A stretch of 64,000 nucleotides of DNA from Eledone cirrhosa (lineage: Eukaryota). The stretch is from positions 53,196,001 through 53,260,000 of the forward strand of contig OZ024746.1 of assembly GCA_964016885.1 (NCBI GenBank), written 5' to 3'. Both the position numbers and the translations under genes were made by a program. Shown piece after piece: positions 1-15,255 of the stretch. The notes under the pieces are model-generated. The model saw only the letters and a program-made list of their open reading frames with translations, did not search any database and had not been told where the DNA came from. Position 1 is the first letter of the stretch. Each line of letters begins with the position of its first letter.

Positions 1-839
1 AAAAAAGTATAAGGGATATAACTTTAAAACCCCTTTCTATCCAATGATGGAAATAAGTATTTATAATTATTATCTAGTATTATTACTATGTTTGCTTTTA
101 GAGCTTTTCCTTTTGGTGAACCTCTTATTAATATTATTAGTATTATTATTAATAGTACCAGTAATGCACTGGGTAATTGCTGGCCTTGTGCCTAAAGTAG
201 AAACAATTATTATTATTAATAGTATTTTTATTATTGTTACTATTGTTTTCTTGCTCAGAGATCCCTTTTTAATTTCTGGATATAAGTTTAACTGAAACAA
301 CAGTTTGAAGGAATTTATCATATCATAAAGAAATTATTATTATTATTATTATTATTATCATCATTATTATCATCACTATCATCATCATCATCATTAATTA
401 TTATTATTATAGGATTCTTCATTCACATCAAAGACATGGCAATTTACCTATTGCTGGTACACTGATAAAATGCAACCAGTGCACCCTGTAAAGTGGTTAG
501 CATTAGGAAGGGCATCTAGCTGTAGAAACCATGCCATAATATATGAGTAAGACATGGTCCTTCAACCTGTCAAAAAGGACAGTAGCTCTGATTAAGTATT
601 GACTTGGTCTGAAACAATCAATGTTACCCATATCATCATGGAAAAGCAGATGTAAAAGGATGATGATGATTATGTTATTATTGTTGCTGTTGTTGTCATT
701 TCGTTTTCCCAAGTGTTCATGTAAAATGCATAATTATATCTCCTCCAGTCTCACCCAACAGTGTGCAACAAAGTTGCATGGTTAGTACTTTGGCCACTGT
801 ATATTTGTGAATTTTTAACTTTTGTTATCTTTTATTGTT

Positions 840-2150
840 GGTTTATGTTGTTACATAATATATATTATTGTACTGGGTTGTCATAAGTAAAATATGTTGT
901 GTAATGTTGCTGTATTATAAGTGTATCATATGAAGTATATATATTGTATAATGTTCGCCGACAGTTTCTTGTGTAAAATATATTATATAATGTGTGTGTA
1001 ACAGCTTCCTAAGTAGAATATATTGTATAACACAGTGTATTGAGAATGTGTTGAATATATGTTATGTAATATGTATGACAGATCTCTGTGTAAAATATGT
1101 TATGTAATATGTGTGACCGGTTTCTGTGTAAAATATGTTATGTAATATGTGACAGGTTTCTGTGTAATATATGTTATGTAATTTGTGTGAGTTTTCTATG
1201 TAAAATATGTTATGTAATATGTGTGACGGGTTTCTGTGTAATATATGTCATGTAATGTGTGTGGCATGTTTCTGCGTAGAATAGGGTAAAAAAGTGTTAT
1301 TATATTGACAGTGTGTTCAATATATGTTGTGTAATATATGTTGTATTGAGAGGTTCCTGTGTCGAATATATATTTAATATGTGGCAGGTTTCTGTGAAGA
1401 TGTGTGCTGTATCATGTGTATGGCAGATTGTTGTGTAGGATATATGTGTAATATCTATATTAATGTATCGGTAGGTTCCTGTGTAATGTGTATTTTTCTA
1501 ATGGGAAGTCCCAGTGTAGAATATATGTTGCATAAGGTATGTTGCTGTATTAAAAAGATGTCATATGCAGGATACAAGATGTGTAATGTATGTTCCAGTG
1601 CAGAATATATGCTGTATAATTGTTACAGCTTCTGTATAGAATATATTGTGTGATGTGTGTAATTGCATTGGAAAGATGCTCTATGTATATTATATAACGT
1701 CTGTGACAGGTTCTGTTGTATAATGCATGTGACTGGTTCTTGCAAAGAATATATGAGTGAATATATGTGCTAATGTGTTGAATGTATGTTGTTGTATAGA
1801 GAGGATTTCTGCATAGAATATATATTGTATAATGTATGTTATTGTCTTGAAAGTGTGTAGAATATATTTTGTATATGTTGTCACTGTATTGTTCCTGCAC
1901 GAAATGTATGCTGCATAAGTGAGTAATTGTACTGACAGGTTTCTGTGTAGAATCTGTGCAGTGTAATATGTATGAGATGTTCCTGTATGAAATCTATGTT
2001 GTGAGATGTATGAAACATATGTTGTGTAAGGTGCTATTTTATTGATAAGGTTCCCACATGGAATATATATTATGTAATACATATAATGAATTCCTGCATG
2101 AAATATGTTATGTAATTGTATGTAAAGTTTTTATCGTTGGTATAGTGAAT
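840..2150. repeat. Degenerate minisatellite, unit about 38 bp
   Basis: Unit approximately gtgacaggtttctgtgtaaaatatgttatgtaatatgt; best conserved at 1070-1260. Confidence 0.85.
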
Positions 2151-4354
2151 ATATGTATTAACATTTTTTATTTTCATTATAAAAAATTCCCCAATAATTA
2201 ATGGCATAATTCATATTTGTGTTCTCTGCAGATTGCTTATTTCTATTTATTTGTAGATGTAATAACAATAATAATAATAATAACAATGATTACTAATTTA
2301 GGCATAAGGTCAACAATTTGTGGGTGAGGAGAAAGTCGATTACATCGATCCTAGTATGTGACTGGTACTTTATTTTATTGACCCTGGAAGAGTGAAAGAC
2401 AAAGTTGGGATTTTAACTCAGCTATGAAGCATTTTGTTCGATGCTCTAATGATTATGCCAATCCACAACCCTTGATTTAATGATAATAATAATAATAATA
2501 TGGTTTCTAATCATCATCATCATCATTATTACACTTTGTCATAAACATTATCATAAACTAAATTTAGTATATTATAAACATCATCATCATCATTAAGTGT
2601 GGTGTAGTCAGTAAAGTTGATAGCTATATACTATCAAGTTCGATGTTGGATACCAATTTACTAGCCAAGTTCCCAAGTTCTAATCTAATCAGCTACAGCT
2701 AAAAGAAAAAAGAAAAACTTTCCTTTCATTCTTGCCACAACAGAGGTTACTTTAAAGTACCAGTAATACAATGAGATCAAGTCAATTAGCCACATACAAC
2801 CCTCCCCCCTTTTCCTCACTCTTTAGAGTAGAAAATATTAACAATAAGTCCAGCAAATCAAAACTAGATTTGGTTAGAGTTTTTTATTTGGTTCATTATT
2901 GTTCTGAGTCCAAATGGATCTACCCCTAGATCCCAATACTGAGGCGATGGGGTTTACTAAAATCCATTTGACCATTCACACTCATCCCTGCAGCCTCTTC
3001 ACATTGTTTGTTTTATGATGATACTATTGTTGTCTCTACCTCTCACTCCCTCCCTCACAAACACATCTTCCCCTCTCTCCTTCATACATACACACATAAT
3101 TATGAACGGTTGTTGATTTCTTACATAGACACAGCTTTAGATTGCAAAGAATGAGATGAGACTGTGTAATATCCATGCCTTTCTCCATGACAGCAGTGAT
3201 GAGAAGTGAAGTTATTACAACTGGGAATGGAAGCTGTGGTTCAGAACTCAACTTTCCTAGAGATCACAGCATATTCTATGTTGCTCACCAGCTTATGGAT
3301 TGACATATGTTGTGTGTGTGTGTGTATGTGTTGGTCTGTATATATGTTGGTCTGTATATGTGTTGCTCTGTGTGTGTGTTAGTCTGTCTATGTGTTGGGG
3401 CATGTGCGAGAAAGAGGAAACGTGTGTGTGAGAGAGAGAGAATGTGTGTGTGAGTATGAATAATTTTTAGATCAGCTACTTGAAAAAGGAACAAGGTAAA
3501 GCAGTACACCTAAATTTTTTATGCCCTCCTGAGTGTTCACAGGGTTAATATTTAACCTGAAATACCAGGGGTTAATAACGACCAATTTAAGGCCTGACTT
3601 TTTAAAAATCTTTTCTAGGTTTCAAATCCAACCTGATGTATTTGTAGTGACAGTATTGATCATTTGGTTTTATTTCCTACTGCTTCTATCATAGCTAGAA
3701 CCCAACATTGTGACATACAAAACCCCCACTACAGCTTTACTATAATTCTGCTGATATATTATACAGGACTGAGTTATACATCACCATGTAATGTATGTTT
3801 ACAGCTAAGTGGACTGTGCCGAGCTATTTATGAGGTAGGCAAATGTCTTGGCCCAATTACAAAACACCGTTTTTTGCAGACAGAATATAATACATTGAAC
3901 CCACCATCTTAGTTGACTGACTGTGTTAAGCCCTATTAATAATTGTTTCTACTATTGGCACAAGGCCAGCAATTACCCAGTACATTACTGGTACTTTATT
4001 TTATCGACCCCGTAAGGATGAAAGGCAAAGTTAACCTCGGCGGGAATGCCAGAGAGATACAGAAGTATCGTAAAGGACTGCTCCAGCTGGCATACGGTGC
4101 ACAGAGAGAGAAAGAGAGAGAGAGAGAGCAGATGAAGGAAAGTGGGAATGAATTAATACTGTAATACATGTGGCCCTGATTAAAGATTTACCCCAGGTTT
4201 TTCATTTTTTCACCATCTATGACAGACATAAAATATAGGGACATACATTGGATTGGTATTTATATCCAACATTGGATGGTATTTAACCTGCTGTGGAAAC
4301 CTTTGTAGAGAGCATAACCAACATCATATATATATATATATATGTATATGTATA

Positions 4355-4435
<81 letters not shown>

Positions 4436-4437
4436 TA

Positions 4438-4485
<48 letters not shown>

Positions 4486-5137
4486 TAATAGTAAGAGTGT
4501 GTCTATATACATAATAGTGTAAGAATTCTATGTTATCATCATACATAATACACAACCAAGATTATATGCATATGTATGTATAATTATATCTATAGCTGTA
4601 TATATATATACATATTTGTGTGCGTGTGTATGCAGCACCTTTCAGAAATACAACCTCTGTTTATCAGAGAAATGTTATATACTGTACCACCAAACATCCA
4701 TCTTAAACAGAAAATTAGAGCTGACAGCTCTTCATGATATAAAAAGAAATATTTACTAATACACCAAAACATGTTGTTTCAAGGACAGAACATCATAGGA
4801 CCAAACAAAACATTACACCTCACATGACTAGGACATTACACATCACATGACCAGTTGCTTAGACATCTTTTCTAGTTCTACCTCACATTCATTGAGGATT
4901 GGTTTGTATTAACCTTTGATGATAACTGTATGAAATCATGGAATGGATATAATCACAAAGATACCTATATATAGACACACACAATCATTATACTCCTTTA
5001 GTAGTTTCAGTCTTTGGACTGTGGCAAAGCTGTGACCCCACCTTCAAGGGTTAGATGAGTGCTTTGCTGCTCATTCCTAATTGTAGGTCGTTAACTTGGC
5101 CACAGCCAAAGCTTCGATTTTACTAAGCTTCCACTTG

Positions 5138-5171
<34 letters not shown>

Positions 5172-5630
5172 ATATATATCCGTATGTTACTGATGACCCT
5201 GTGATAAATAGGCAAAATTCCAGATTAACAAGACTCACTATTCAGCCTTAATAAAATGAATATTATATATATATATGGCCCAGTATTTCACAACTACTTA
5301 TTTTCTCAGCCCTAAAAGGATGAAAGGCAAAGACCACCTGGACGGGATTTGAATACAGAACAACACCAAATACCACAAGATAATTTGTCCAGCTCTACCA
5401 TTCACTGCCCTCTTTCTTATCTATCTACACTTATATACATATATATATATGTATGTGAGTCCTGGGTTCAATCAGGGGTAACCATAGTAAGTAAAATACT
5501 CAATACATTAGTAGAGTACATACAACAAAATTTAATATAGAAATGGCTTCTACAGGACTAGAACTGTTACATTTGAAGGAAATCATCAGGAAAGCCCTGA
5601 TGATCTCCTTTGAATGAAACAGTTCAATAT

Positions 5631-5664
<34 letters not shown>

Positions 5665-5945
5665 AATATGTGTGTGTGTGTGATTGTGTACATTAAAATA
5701 AAATGCCATATGGAATGTGTAGTAAACTATTCTGCATCAGCTCTCCACACCCAACAAAAAAGGGCCGTCCCTCACCAAAGCAAGAAAATACCCCCCCCCC
5801 CCCAAAAAAAAAACAGCACATTTCTCTTGTGCCACTGCCATTAATAACTCCTGCCAATACAGATGGTACCCTCCTTGTTCACAAGGAATCTATAGGGATT
5901 GCACTGTATAAAGGTGTATATAGAACTACATACAATATGTTTATT

Positions 5946-6126
5946 AATAATTGTTTCTACTTTTGGCACAATGCCAGCAATTACACAGTACATTACTGGT
6001 ACTTTATTTTATCGACCCCGTAAGGATGAAAGGCAAAGTGAACCTCGGCGGGATTTGAACTCAGACCATAAAGGGACATAACTATGCTGGAAAGCATGGC
6101 GTCCGACTCTCTACCGATACTGCCAA
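5946..6126 (-). mobile_element. tRNA-derived SINE family A (probably Meta-domain type), representative copy
   Basis: Minus strand shows an A box (TGGCAGTATCGG), a B box (GTTCAAATCC), the core GCCTTTCATCCTTACGGGGTCGATAAAATAAAGTACCAG and an (ATT)n tail. Other copies at about 2290, 3938, 5280, 6577, 9920, 10545, 15724, 17904, 50380, 51340, 55900 and 58740 (-), and 153, 23440 and 31480 (+). Confidence 0.85.
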
Positions 6127-7180
6127 TATACATACTTATAGTACCACTGTGTGTATTTTAAGCAACGATTCTATCATAGCTACCTCAGCATCCATGTAAA
6201 AGCACTGTATACATGTAATTCAGGATGTTTTATCCATCATCAGCAAATGCCTCTTTACTGTGGGATTCTGAGATAAAGATAATATCCTATATACATCTTT
6301 TGCAAATAATCTATTTTTGTTGAAGTCTTATTTACATATAGTGTAAGCTTGACAGACTAATATTAATTTGTGATAAGACTAACATAACATGGTTCAAAAT
6401 AAAAACCTATATAGACTTGTATATATATATATGGATGAGGTATAGTATCAACTGTAATCTCACTTGCACACATTACACACTCAATGAAGTATTATGGAAT
6501 GAACTTTTAAAGAACAAAACCTGTCTCAGAGTGTTTACCAAGTGTATGTTTGCAATGTGGTATGTGCACCTAAATATAATTGTTTCTACTTTTGGCACAA
6601 GGCCAGCAATTATCCCAGTGCATTACTGGTACTTTATTTTATCGACCCCGTAAGGATGAAAGGCAAAGTTAACTCGGCAGGATTTGAACTCAGAATGGCA
6701 AGGGCCGTAACTCTGCGTCAAAGCATGGCGTCTGACCCTCTACCGATACTGCCAATCCACCACCCTGAATATAATAAACATAAATATAAGTCTCTGTGAA
6801 TATTTTAAGCTGTGATCAAATTAAGCCTACCTTCGCATCCCTGTCAGAATACTGTATACATATATTTCAGGATTTTTGAATTGATCATCAGCTAATGCTT
6901 GCTTAGTATGGGATGTTAAGTTAGAAGAAGAATATATCTTATAGAATAATGCAGTGCTTTATATGTTTGTGTGTTAGTATTTCTCTGCCTTTTACATGTG
7001 TATGTGTGTGCATGACTCTAAAATGACCTTTCCATGTTTGATATCCTTAATGATACTTCGAAAAAAAGAAATTTAAAAAAAAAGTAATAAAGAAGTGGGG
7101 ATAAAGAGAGAAAGCATATGTGTAACAGAGAGGTAGAAAGATAGAAAGTATGATAGAGAGAGAGATAATGAAAAAGAGGG

Positions 7181-7265
<85 letters not shown>

Positions 7266-7790
7266 ATATAAGTGTGATAGAGAAGGAAGGAGACAGATGC
7301 TAGAGAGAGAAGGGTAAAAAAACAAAGCATTAGAGAGAAAGAAACAAGAATGGGAATTTGTTGACTTTAGCGTTGATTGTCGTTGTTTAGCCCTAGGTCA
7401 AACCTGATGGAGCAGACCTATGAACATAGGCATTCCAGTCATGATCACTCCATATTCATAGCAGTCTTTTTTTTTTAAGGGTTACATTATTGAATGTGTT
7501 CTTTCCTTATTTAAAATGATAGGGTTTGATTTGACTGCAATTTCTAGCAGGTTGAAAGTAGAAGTGGTTTCTAGTTTTGGGACAGTTAATGACAGTAATG
7601 ACGATAATGATGATGATGATGATAATGATGATGAGAATACATATTGTTCTGAAAGCAGTTGGGAAAGTGTGGGTATTAAGAACTTTGATCTGGCCCAAAT
7701 AACTAGCTGTGCCACCATTAATAGATAATGTACACAGACCCATACTAATGTAATTAATTTAATTTGGGGTGAGTATTCAAGCCCTATTTG

Positions 7791-7832
<42 letters not shown>

Positions 7833-8599
7833 AGATTAGGATAGGTCTACTGTATTCCCATGTGTTTTAAGAGGTAACAAGAATGTTTGGTAAAAAGGAG
7901 CCCATGATGAGTATGAATCTTAGTGGGCTCCACAAGGCTAACCTCTGCATTAGTAAGAAAAATGTCCTTAAAACGCTTTTCGGTGGTTAGGCAACCCATT
8001 TATATTTTAGGCAGCTAACTACTTACCACAGTACTGAACTACTGCACTCACCTACCCAAACATTCCCTGTAAGAATTCATATTTTGTCCCATCAATAAAC
8101 ATATCCAGCTTGCTACCCAGATTTTTCTACCACTACCAACATCTTGGGCAACACATTATTCTTGCTATATATTATTACAACAGCTTCTGCCAACATTCAG
8201 CTGTTGATTCTATCAACTCTGGACACTCTGAACATACTCCGCTTGTCTCAGAGATGCTACAGCTACACCAACCCACTACCACCACCACTCTCTTTGAGGT
8301 ATTTCTACTCTTAGATAAAAGGACACATTGGATAGTGTAGCCTTAGATACACTTTGTCTAAAACTAACATGTTATGATCATGTTTGGAATGCATTTGACC
8401 CTAGGTCTGCAACACTTTGCATCCTGGAACTAAACAAGAATGGATGCACTGAAACTTTTGTACACTTAATGATGTAGAAGGCAAGTGTTAACAGCATAAA
8501 CCACCAGTGCTACAAGAAACTTATTTTATTTACATGTACTTGGTATTAAGATTTGACTTGTGAATATGTGAAAATATGCACCAAATTGCAACCTAAGAC

Positions 8600-9305
8600 A
8601 TTTTCAGTGTGCATCACACTGCAACAGTCATTGCAGTACTGCTAACAGTGCAAATAACTTATGTTAATCTATTTGATTATTGTACACACACTGCATCAGA
8701 CTCCAGTATAACTGAATGCATTATTTGGGTAGGACCTTTTTCTGCAATATAAATGTCTCACCATATTCCATGTGCACCAGACTAGACTGCAGAATATATT
8801 TTGTGAACATGTTCAATATGCATCATAGACCTGAGTAACATGTTCATTGGGCACAATATTGCAGTAAAAACATCTGTTTTAACAGTGTATTAAACTGCAG
8901 TATACAACCAATGAACATGTAATCAGACTGAAGTGCAGGACGGATGAACATATCTGATGTGAGTCTGACTGCAGTATACGACAGGTTAAGATTAATTGTG
9001 CATCAGACTTCACCATAAGGCTAGTGAACAACTTCCTATGCATCGAGCTGCAGCTAAATGTGAACATGTTTACTGAATTATAGACTAATCACATGATTAG
9101 TGAATGCATTAATTGTGCAAAAAACTGCAGTTGTGTGAACATGTTAACTGTGAACCAGATGACATTGTAAGGCTAGTGAAGAAATTAATTGTGCACCAGA
9201 CTGCAGCTTGTGCAAACATGTTACCTTTATTAATCAGAAGGTATTGTAAGAATGGTGAACATGTTGATTGTGAATCCATGAGTCTATTTCATAAGACATG
9301 TTTAC
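8600..9305. repeat. Degenerate minisatellite, unit about 30-40 bp
   Basis: Recurrent gtgaacatgtt-a-tgtgcatcagactgcag. Confidence 0.7.
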
Positions 9306-10249
9306 TTTCAGAGTCCCCCTCTTCCAAACCCTATTATTGAACCACACCAATAAGCTGATGGCACTGTACTGGCTATGGGCCTGGTCTTACATCAGTGATA
9401 CACACACACTCTCACACACATTTCCTTGCCTGTTGTTGTTTTTAATATATATATATACATATATCTATATAAACCCTCGTATGACGCACGACATTTGAAT
9501 ATTTGGGAGAGGAGTGGGAAGGAGATGTGGTGGTGATAGTATTAGTAGTGGGAGCTGTCGTGGTGGTATTATTAGTGGTAGGTGCTGTGGTTGTGGTGGA
9601 GTTGGCAGTTGTAAGTGTTATAGTTGTAATATTAGTAGTGGTAGGTTTGTTGTGGTTGTGGTGTTAGTGTTAGGAGTGGGAGCTGTAGCAGTGGTGGTGG
9701 TGGTAGTAGTACTGATAGCTGCAGTGGTAGTGGGAGCTGTGATGTTAGTACTGAAAGTTGCAGTGGTGGTTCTGTTAGTGGTTAGCAGTGGTTGTTATTA
9801 ATGTCTAACCTCAGGTCAGCTCTGATCCAGCTGACCTATGATCAATGAAAATACTACCCACTAATACTACCATCTATCACCTTACCACAAGAACACAAAT
9901 CCCTGTCGATTATACAAAATCCCAGTATTTAACTGGTACTTATTTAATTGATCCTGGAAAAGTGAAAGTAAAAGTTGACCCCCAACAGAATTTGAACATG
10001 GAATGTTACTTGGCAGTAACTTAAACACACCACAATACATTTTGGCCCTTTCTCTGGATATTTGGTTTCTGTGTTAGATCGATTTAACAGAGAACCATTA
10101 GAGTGAGGGTGGTCGCGGCCGGAATGCCTATGTTTTATTTTTTCAGACATAATGTACACTAAAACATATCATACAATGTGTCCTTTTCTTTTTTTGAATG
10201 GAAGAGTGTGATTTAAGGGGAAACTTGGGTGCTATTTCTATCAGGTCCA

Positions 10250-13200
10250 GCGATAGTGGTGATGGATGTAAATGAAAATATTTAAGAAAGCAAAAAAAAA
10301 AAAAAAATTGAAACAAAAACAAAAAGGAACAATAAATAAATAAACATTACAAATAAAAAAAAAATGAAAATAAATGAGACAAAAAGAATTTAAAAAAAAG
10401 AAAACAAAAGCAAAAACTTGAGATACTTAGAGATCAATGATTTTTTTTATTTCATCAACAACAACAATATGATGATGATGGTGGTATATATGATGATGGT
10501 GGTGGTGGTGTATATGATAGTGGTGATTGTGAAGGGAGTAGTAAATAATGGTTTCTAATTTAAGCACAGAACCACCAATTATTTTTTTGCAGGGTGGGAG
10601 GATAAGTCAATTATATTGACCTCAGTACTTGACTGGTACTTTATTTTATCGACCCCATAATTGTGAAAGGCATTTGAATTTAGAATGTGAAGAGTTGGAA
10701 CATATATCTTAAAGATCTAACAGTTTGGCCAATAACAATAAGAATAAAGGGTGGTGGGGATAGGAATATAACCAATTTTCAGTGAAAATGGAATTGTGGG
10801 AAGGAAAGGTATGTGTGGAAAAAGAGTTGGAGGGAACAGATGGAGGATAGGAGGGGAGAAAGTTGCTTGGAATATGTTTGTTTTCACTAACAGAGTGTCG
10901 CTGTCTAAATATGGGAAGTGGGTGGGAAAAAAAAAAAAAAATTTAATCAACTGAGACTATCCTCACAGTTCAGTTTCACGACCAAAACTCCATGGGGGTT
11001 GGGTTGATAGCGAGAAACAAGCAAACAGGAGAGAGTGAGAGAGAACTCTTATAGCCTTGGCTGATTCAAGTCTTTTGGAACAATTTAAGACCATGCAACA
11101 GGAGTGGACCTTGTGTATGCGTGCATATATACATGTTCTCTCTCTCTCTCACTCTGTATGCATATGTATGTGTGTGTATGTGTATATATATATATGAATA
11201 TATATATACACACACACACACATATATATGTGCATACATAAACACACACACACAAATATATATACAGACATTTATACATATGTGCATACATATACATATA
11301 TGTGTGTGTGTGTATGGATATATATTACACATACACATGCAAATAGAAGTCATTTTATAAAGTTAAAACTAAGAGAAAAAAACAAAAGAAAATCAACGCT
11401 AACACCCTCACAACAGCCCCCAACATACACAACCAACCAACCAGCCAGCCAACCAACCACTCACACAGATTTATACAAACTACTGCAGATAGACAAACAT
11501 TACTTTCTTTTATCCTCCTTTCAAGCATTTCTGTAGTTAGGCAGGAGTACAGCCTTAATATTAGTATTTATTATATACAAGCATCTTCACATATTCCATT
11601 AAGTGCATTTCATGTGTGTGTCTATTTGAACACACAAATACTGACACACACATATACACATATATAAACATACATATATATAAATACACACATACATATA
11701 TATATATAAATACACACATACACATATATAATATAATATATATATATATATATACATGCATATATACATATATATAATATAATATATATATATATATATA
11801 CATGCATATATACACACACACAGACACACACACACACAATCAGAATATTCAACTATGGTGGACTCTCAGTTGGTCTCGACAATGAGCATTCAGTTGTACA
11901 ACCAACTGAATTCCTAGTCGTGAAATTTAATGTGTCAGCTCTTCACCTAACAATCACAACAGTTTAGCCCCCTAATTTACAGATGGCAATAAAACTTTTT
12001 GCTTCTTATTACACAAGTGATGAGAGCTTCACTTTTCATATTTCATATGCAATGGAAAAAAAAAAAATAAAAATAAAAATAATCAAACAATATAATAAAA
12101 GGTAAAAAAAAGTTATCAAATAAAAGTTTTTGTCTCTTGTGAGAAACAATGAATGTCACCCTCATCTTTTGAGAGTGATGAAAAAAACCAAAAGCAAAAG
12201 AAGAAAGAAAACAAATATAAGATAAATCAATTCCTCATTTCTTTTTAAGAGGTTGATAAAAGTCCCCATCAATATTCATGGGTATTATAAAGAAAGTTCT
12301 CCCCATCATTCTTCATGTGCAAATAAACCTATCACTATTCATTGATGGGTGGGGGATAACAATTTCTATCATTTTCATAGGCAGCCAATCAAAGCTCCCA
12401 TTATTTTTCATAGGTGATCAAACCATCCATTATTTTTCATTGACCATCAAACTCCTATTATTTTTCATGGGCAAATTTAACTCCCATCATTTTCGCAGGC
12501 AATCAAAGCACCTGCTTATTTTCATGGGCAATCAATGCTCCCATTATTTTTTATGCGTGATGAAAGCTCTTAATATTTCTTATTGACAATGAAGGCTCCC
12601 ATCATTTTCATAGGTAATCAAAGCTCTCATTATTTTTTATGGCAATTTAAATTCCCATTATTTTTCAGGGGCAAATTTAACCCTATATTTTTCATAGGTA
12701 ATTAAAGCACCCATTATTTTTTATGAGCAATGAAAACTCCCATTATTTCTCATGGATAGCTTAAACTCCTATTATTTTTAAGAGCTATCAAATCACCCAT
12801 TACTTTTCATAGATGATGAATTATGATGTATTTAAATGGGAAAAAAAAAGAAAAAATATAATAGAAAAAAATCTGAAATTAAAAAAATCCGAGGATTGAT
12901 CAAAGAGTTGAACGGAATATAAAGATATTTTTTTTAGGGGGGAGGGGGGTTAAGTTTATTATTATTATCATTAATATCAATAGTTTTTGAAAGTGTAGTA
13001 TAAGCTGTTCTTGATATGCTGATAGCAGCAGTCAGTGGTGGTGGTTGTGTTGTTAGTGGCTGGTTGTTGTTTGAAAGAAAAATGAAATTTACAGCTCACA
13101 CCTATGTAGGTTTAGCTGGCCTCCTGCACGTTTTCATCTCATAAAAGGTATCTCAAGCGTTTTAATGATAAGGGCCTCAGTCCTATTGTGAAAAAGCAAC

Positions 13201-13753
13201 TTAAAACAAAGTGTCTTGCTCAAGAACACAACGTGCAGCCCGGTCCAGGAATCAAACCTATAACCTTATGAAAGTGTGTACAACATCCTAACCACTAAGC
13301 CATGTTGGTGTTTGTAGTAAGATTGATGAAATGGTGATAGTAGTGTTTGCTGGTGGGTGTTGGTGTTGGTGTTGGACATAGTTGCCACTGGTAACCAGAG
13401 AAAATGACAATGATCCAAATATAGTTGGCAATTATTGGTGAATAGAGGCTGTAGTGGTGGTAGTGGGGAAGGTAGTTTTGTTGTTTACTGGAGGCATTAT
13501 TCATGATATTAATGATGGTTAGTGATGATGGTGTTGATGGAGAGAGATATTTATTTGGTGGTGGTGGTGTTAGTGGAGAGAGGGAAAGAGAAAAAGAGTG
13601 GATATTTATATGACAACGTTGTCAGTGGAGGAAAAGGGATATAGAGACATTGATATGATTTTATTTTTTTTGTTTCCTCAATAATTTTCAGAAAAAAAAT
13701 CGGAAAAGAATATGTGTATATGTATTTATATATGTGCATGTGTGTAATTATAA

Positions 13754-13795
<42 letters not shown>

Positions 13796-13934
13796 AAGAG
13801 AGATGCATACATGTATGCAAGAGGAGTATATTATTACATATTTCATACATGCACTGATAATATATGTATGTGTGCAACACTTAAGCACACAAATATGTGT
13901 ATGCCTGCACATATAGATATATACACACACACAC

Positions 13935-14029
<95 letters not shown>

Positions 14030-14603
14030 TAATATACACACACATTTGTCCAACCCTTGCTAGCAGGGAAAATCGGACATTAAATGATGATGATGATGAT
14101 GATAATACATGCACACGTGCACATGCATGCACACACATAACTGGCCGTAACTTTAGTCAATGTGCATTATTTTCCATTTTATTTTATTTTGTTTTGTTTT
14201 GTTTTTTGTGTTCCCCAATTAAAAGCTGATTATTATTATTATCATTATTATTATTATTAATATTATCATTAATTATTATACACATGTGACATAACAAAGG
14301 CTGTTCATGAATGGTACAGTTATCACCAAGAGCCCACCATATCAAATCATACATAGAATGACGGATTTTAATTCACCATGAATATTTTTATTATTATTAT
14401 TATTATTATTATGATTATTATTATTATTATTATTAATATAATTATTATTAGAGTAATAGATAGTGTAGAGATGTATGTGGTGGTGGTGGTGGTGGGGTGA
14501 GGAGAGGAGCAGAGAACAACACACACACTCCCCGACCCCTGCAACAATGCTTCTTATTTCTTTCTTTATATTTTTTTGTTGATTATATATATATATATAT
14601 ATC

Positions 14604-14634
<31 letters not shown>

Positions 14635-14734
14635 TTTGTTTGTGTTGTTGGGATACAAGGTCCTCGTGTGTGAAACCTTGAAGTCATGACCATTTGGTAG
14701 AGGAGGTCCCAACCAGAGCAATATTGAAGCCAGC
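10250..14734 (-). other. msi: Probable terminal (3'UTR) exon of musashi; its 3' end is not determinable
   Basis: Strong acceptor tttttcttatattttcag|GCTGGC at 14734, followed by about 100 nt of unique sequence and then long U-rich tracts on the minus strand (A-rich on +, e.g. 10290-10420, 12050-12230, 12840-12890). The lower boundary is a guess. Confidence 0.4.
12260..12812. repeat. Minisatellite, unit about 31 bp, within the putative 3'UTR
   Basis: Roughly 17 copies of caatcaaagctcccattatttttcat(g/a)gg. Confidence 0.88.
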
Positions 14735-15089
14735 CTGAAAATATAAGAAAAAGAAAATTAACTTAAATGTATTTGGGAGTAAATAATATTATAATAAAAT
14801 TAATATTCAATTTTTCAAAATGAAATTATATGTTGATAATTTAGAAGTGGATTATATACGTATATATTAACCATTTAACATTTAAACCAGAATCCTCATT
14901 ATCTCACCTCTTTCTGTTCAAACCGGCCATAACCAGCTGCTCATACATATGTTAAGATATTGTCCCCTGTAAAGTTATGTTGGTACCACAACTTCCAGTC
15001 CTAAATAAATGAGGTTGTGTAGGTGTCACGACAAAAAAACACAGTCCACACTGTAATGTGGCCATGTAGGTAACATGGTAAAAACCTCC

Positions 15090-15255
15090 CAGTTCCACAC
15101 TGTAAACGTGGTTGGTGTTAGGAAGGGCATCCAGCCATAGAAAACCTGCCAGACAGTCCTATACGAGCAAGATGACCAATCTTGCCTCAAGTGGGACAAC
15201 TCCCGTCTAAACCCATGCTAGCGTGGAAGATGGACGTTAAACGATGATGATGATG
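15090..15255 (+). mobile_element. SINE family B with (GAT)n tail
   Basis: cacactgtaaa-gtggttggtgttaggaagggcatccagcc-tagaaa...cccatgctagcgtggaa...ggacgttaaacgatgatgat. Related copies at about 480-670, 15575-15720, 19220-19350 (-), 21930-22080 and 54315-54485; head fragments are tandemly repeated over 14990-15600. Confidence 0.7.

Noticed and set aside
840-2150. Regularly spaced repeats superficially like a CRISPR array
   Set aside because: Degenerate head-to-tail minisatellite with no unique spacers, no cas genes, and a eukaryotic context.
3036-3290. Unique sequence with a 71-aa ORF, possibly an exon of another gene
   Set aside because: No recognisable homology and no consistent splice-site pair.
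3943-4164. Recurring peptide LLVLYFIDPVRMKGKVNL in several ORFs
   Set aside because: Antisense translation of the SINE A core, not a protein family.
5946-6126. tRNA-like A/B boxes
   Set aside because: These are SINE heads without a complete cloverleaf; no genuine tRNA gene was seen.
10250-14734. Autoregulatory Musashi-binding elements in the sense 3'UTR
   Set aside because: Only scattered AUAGU/GUAG matches with no visible enrichment, and the UTR extent is unverified.
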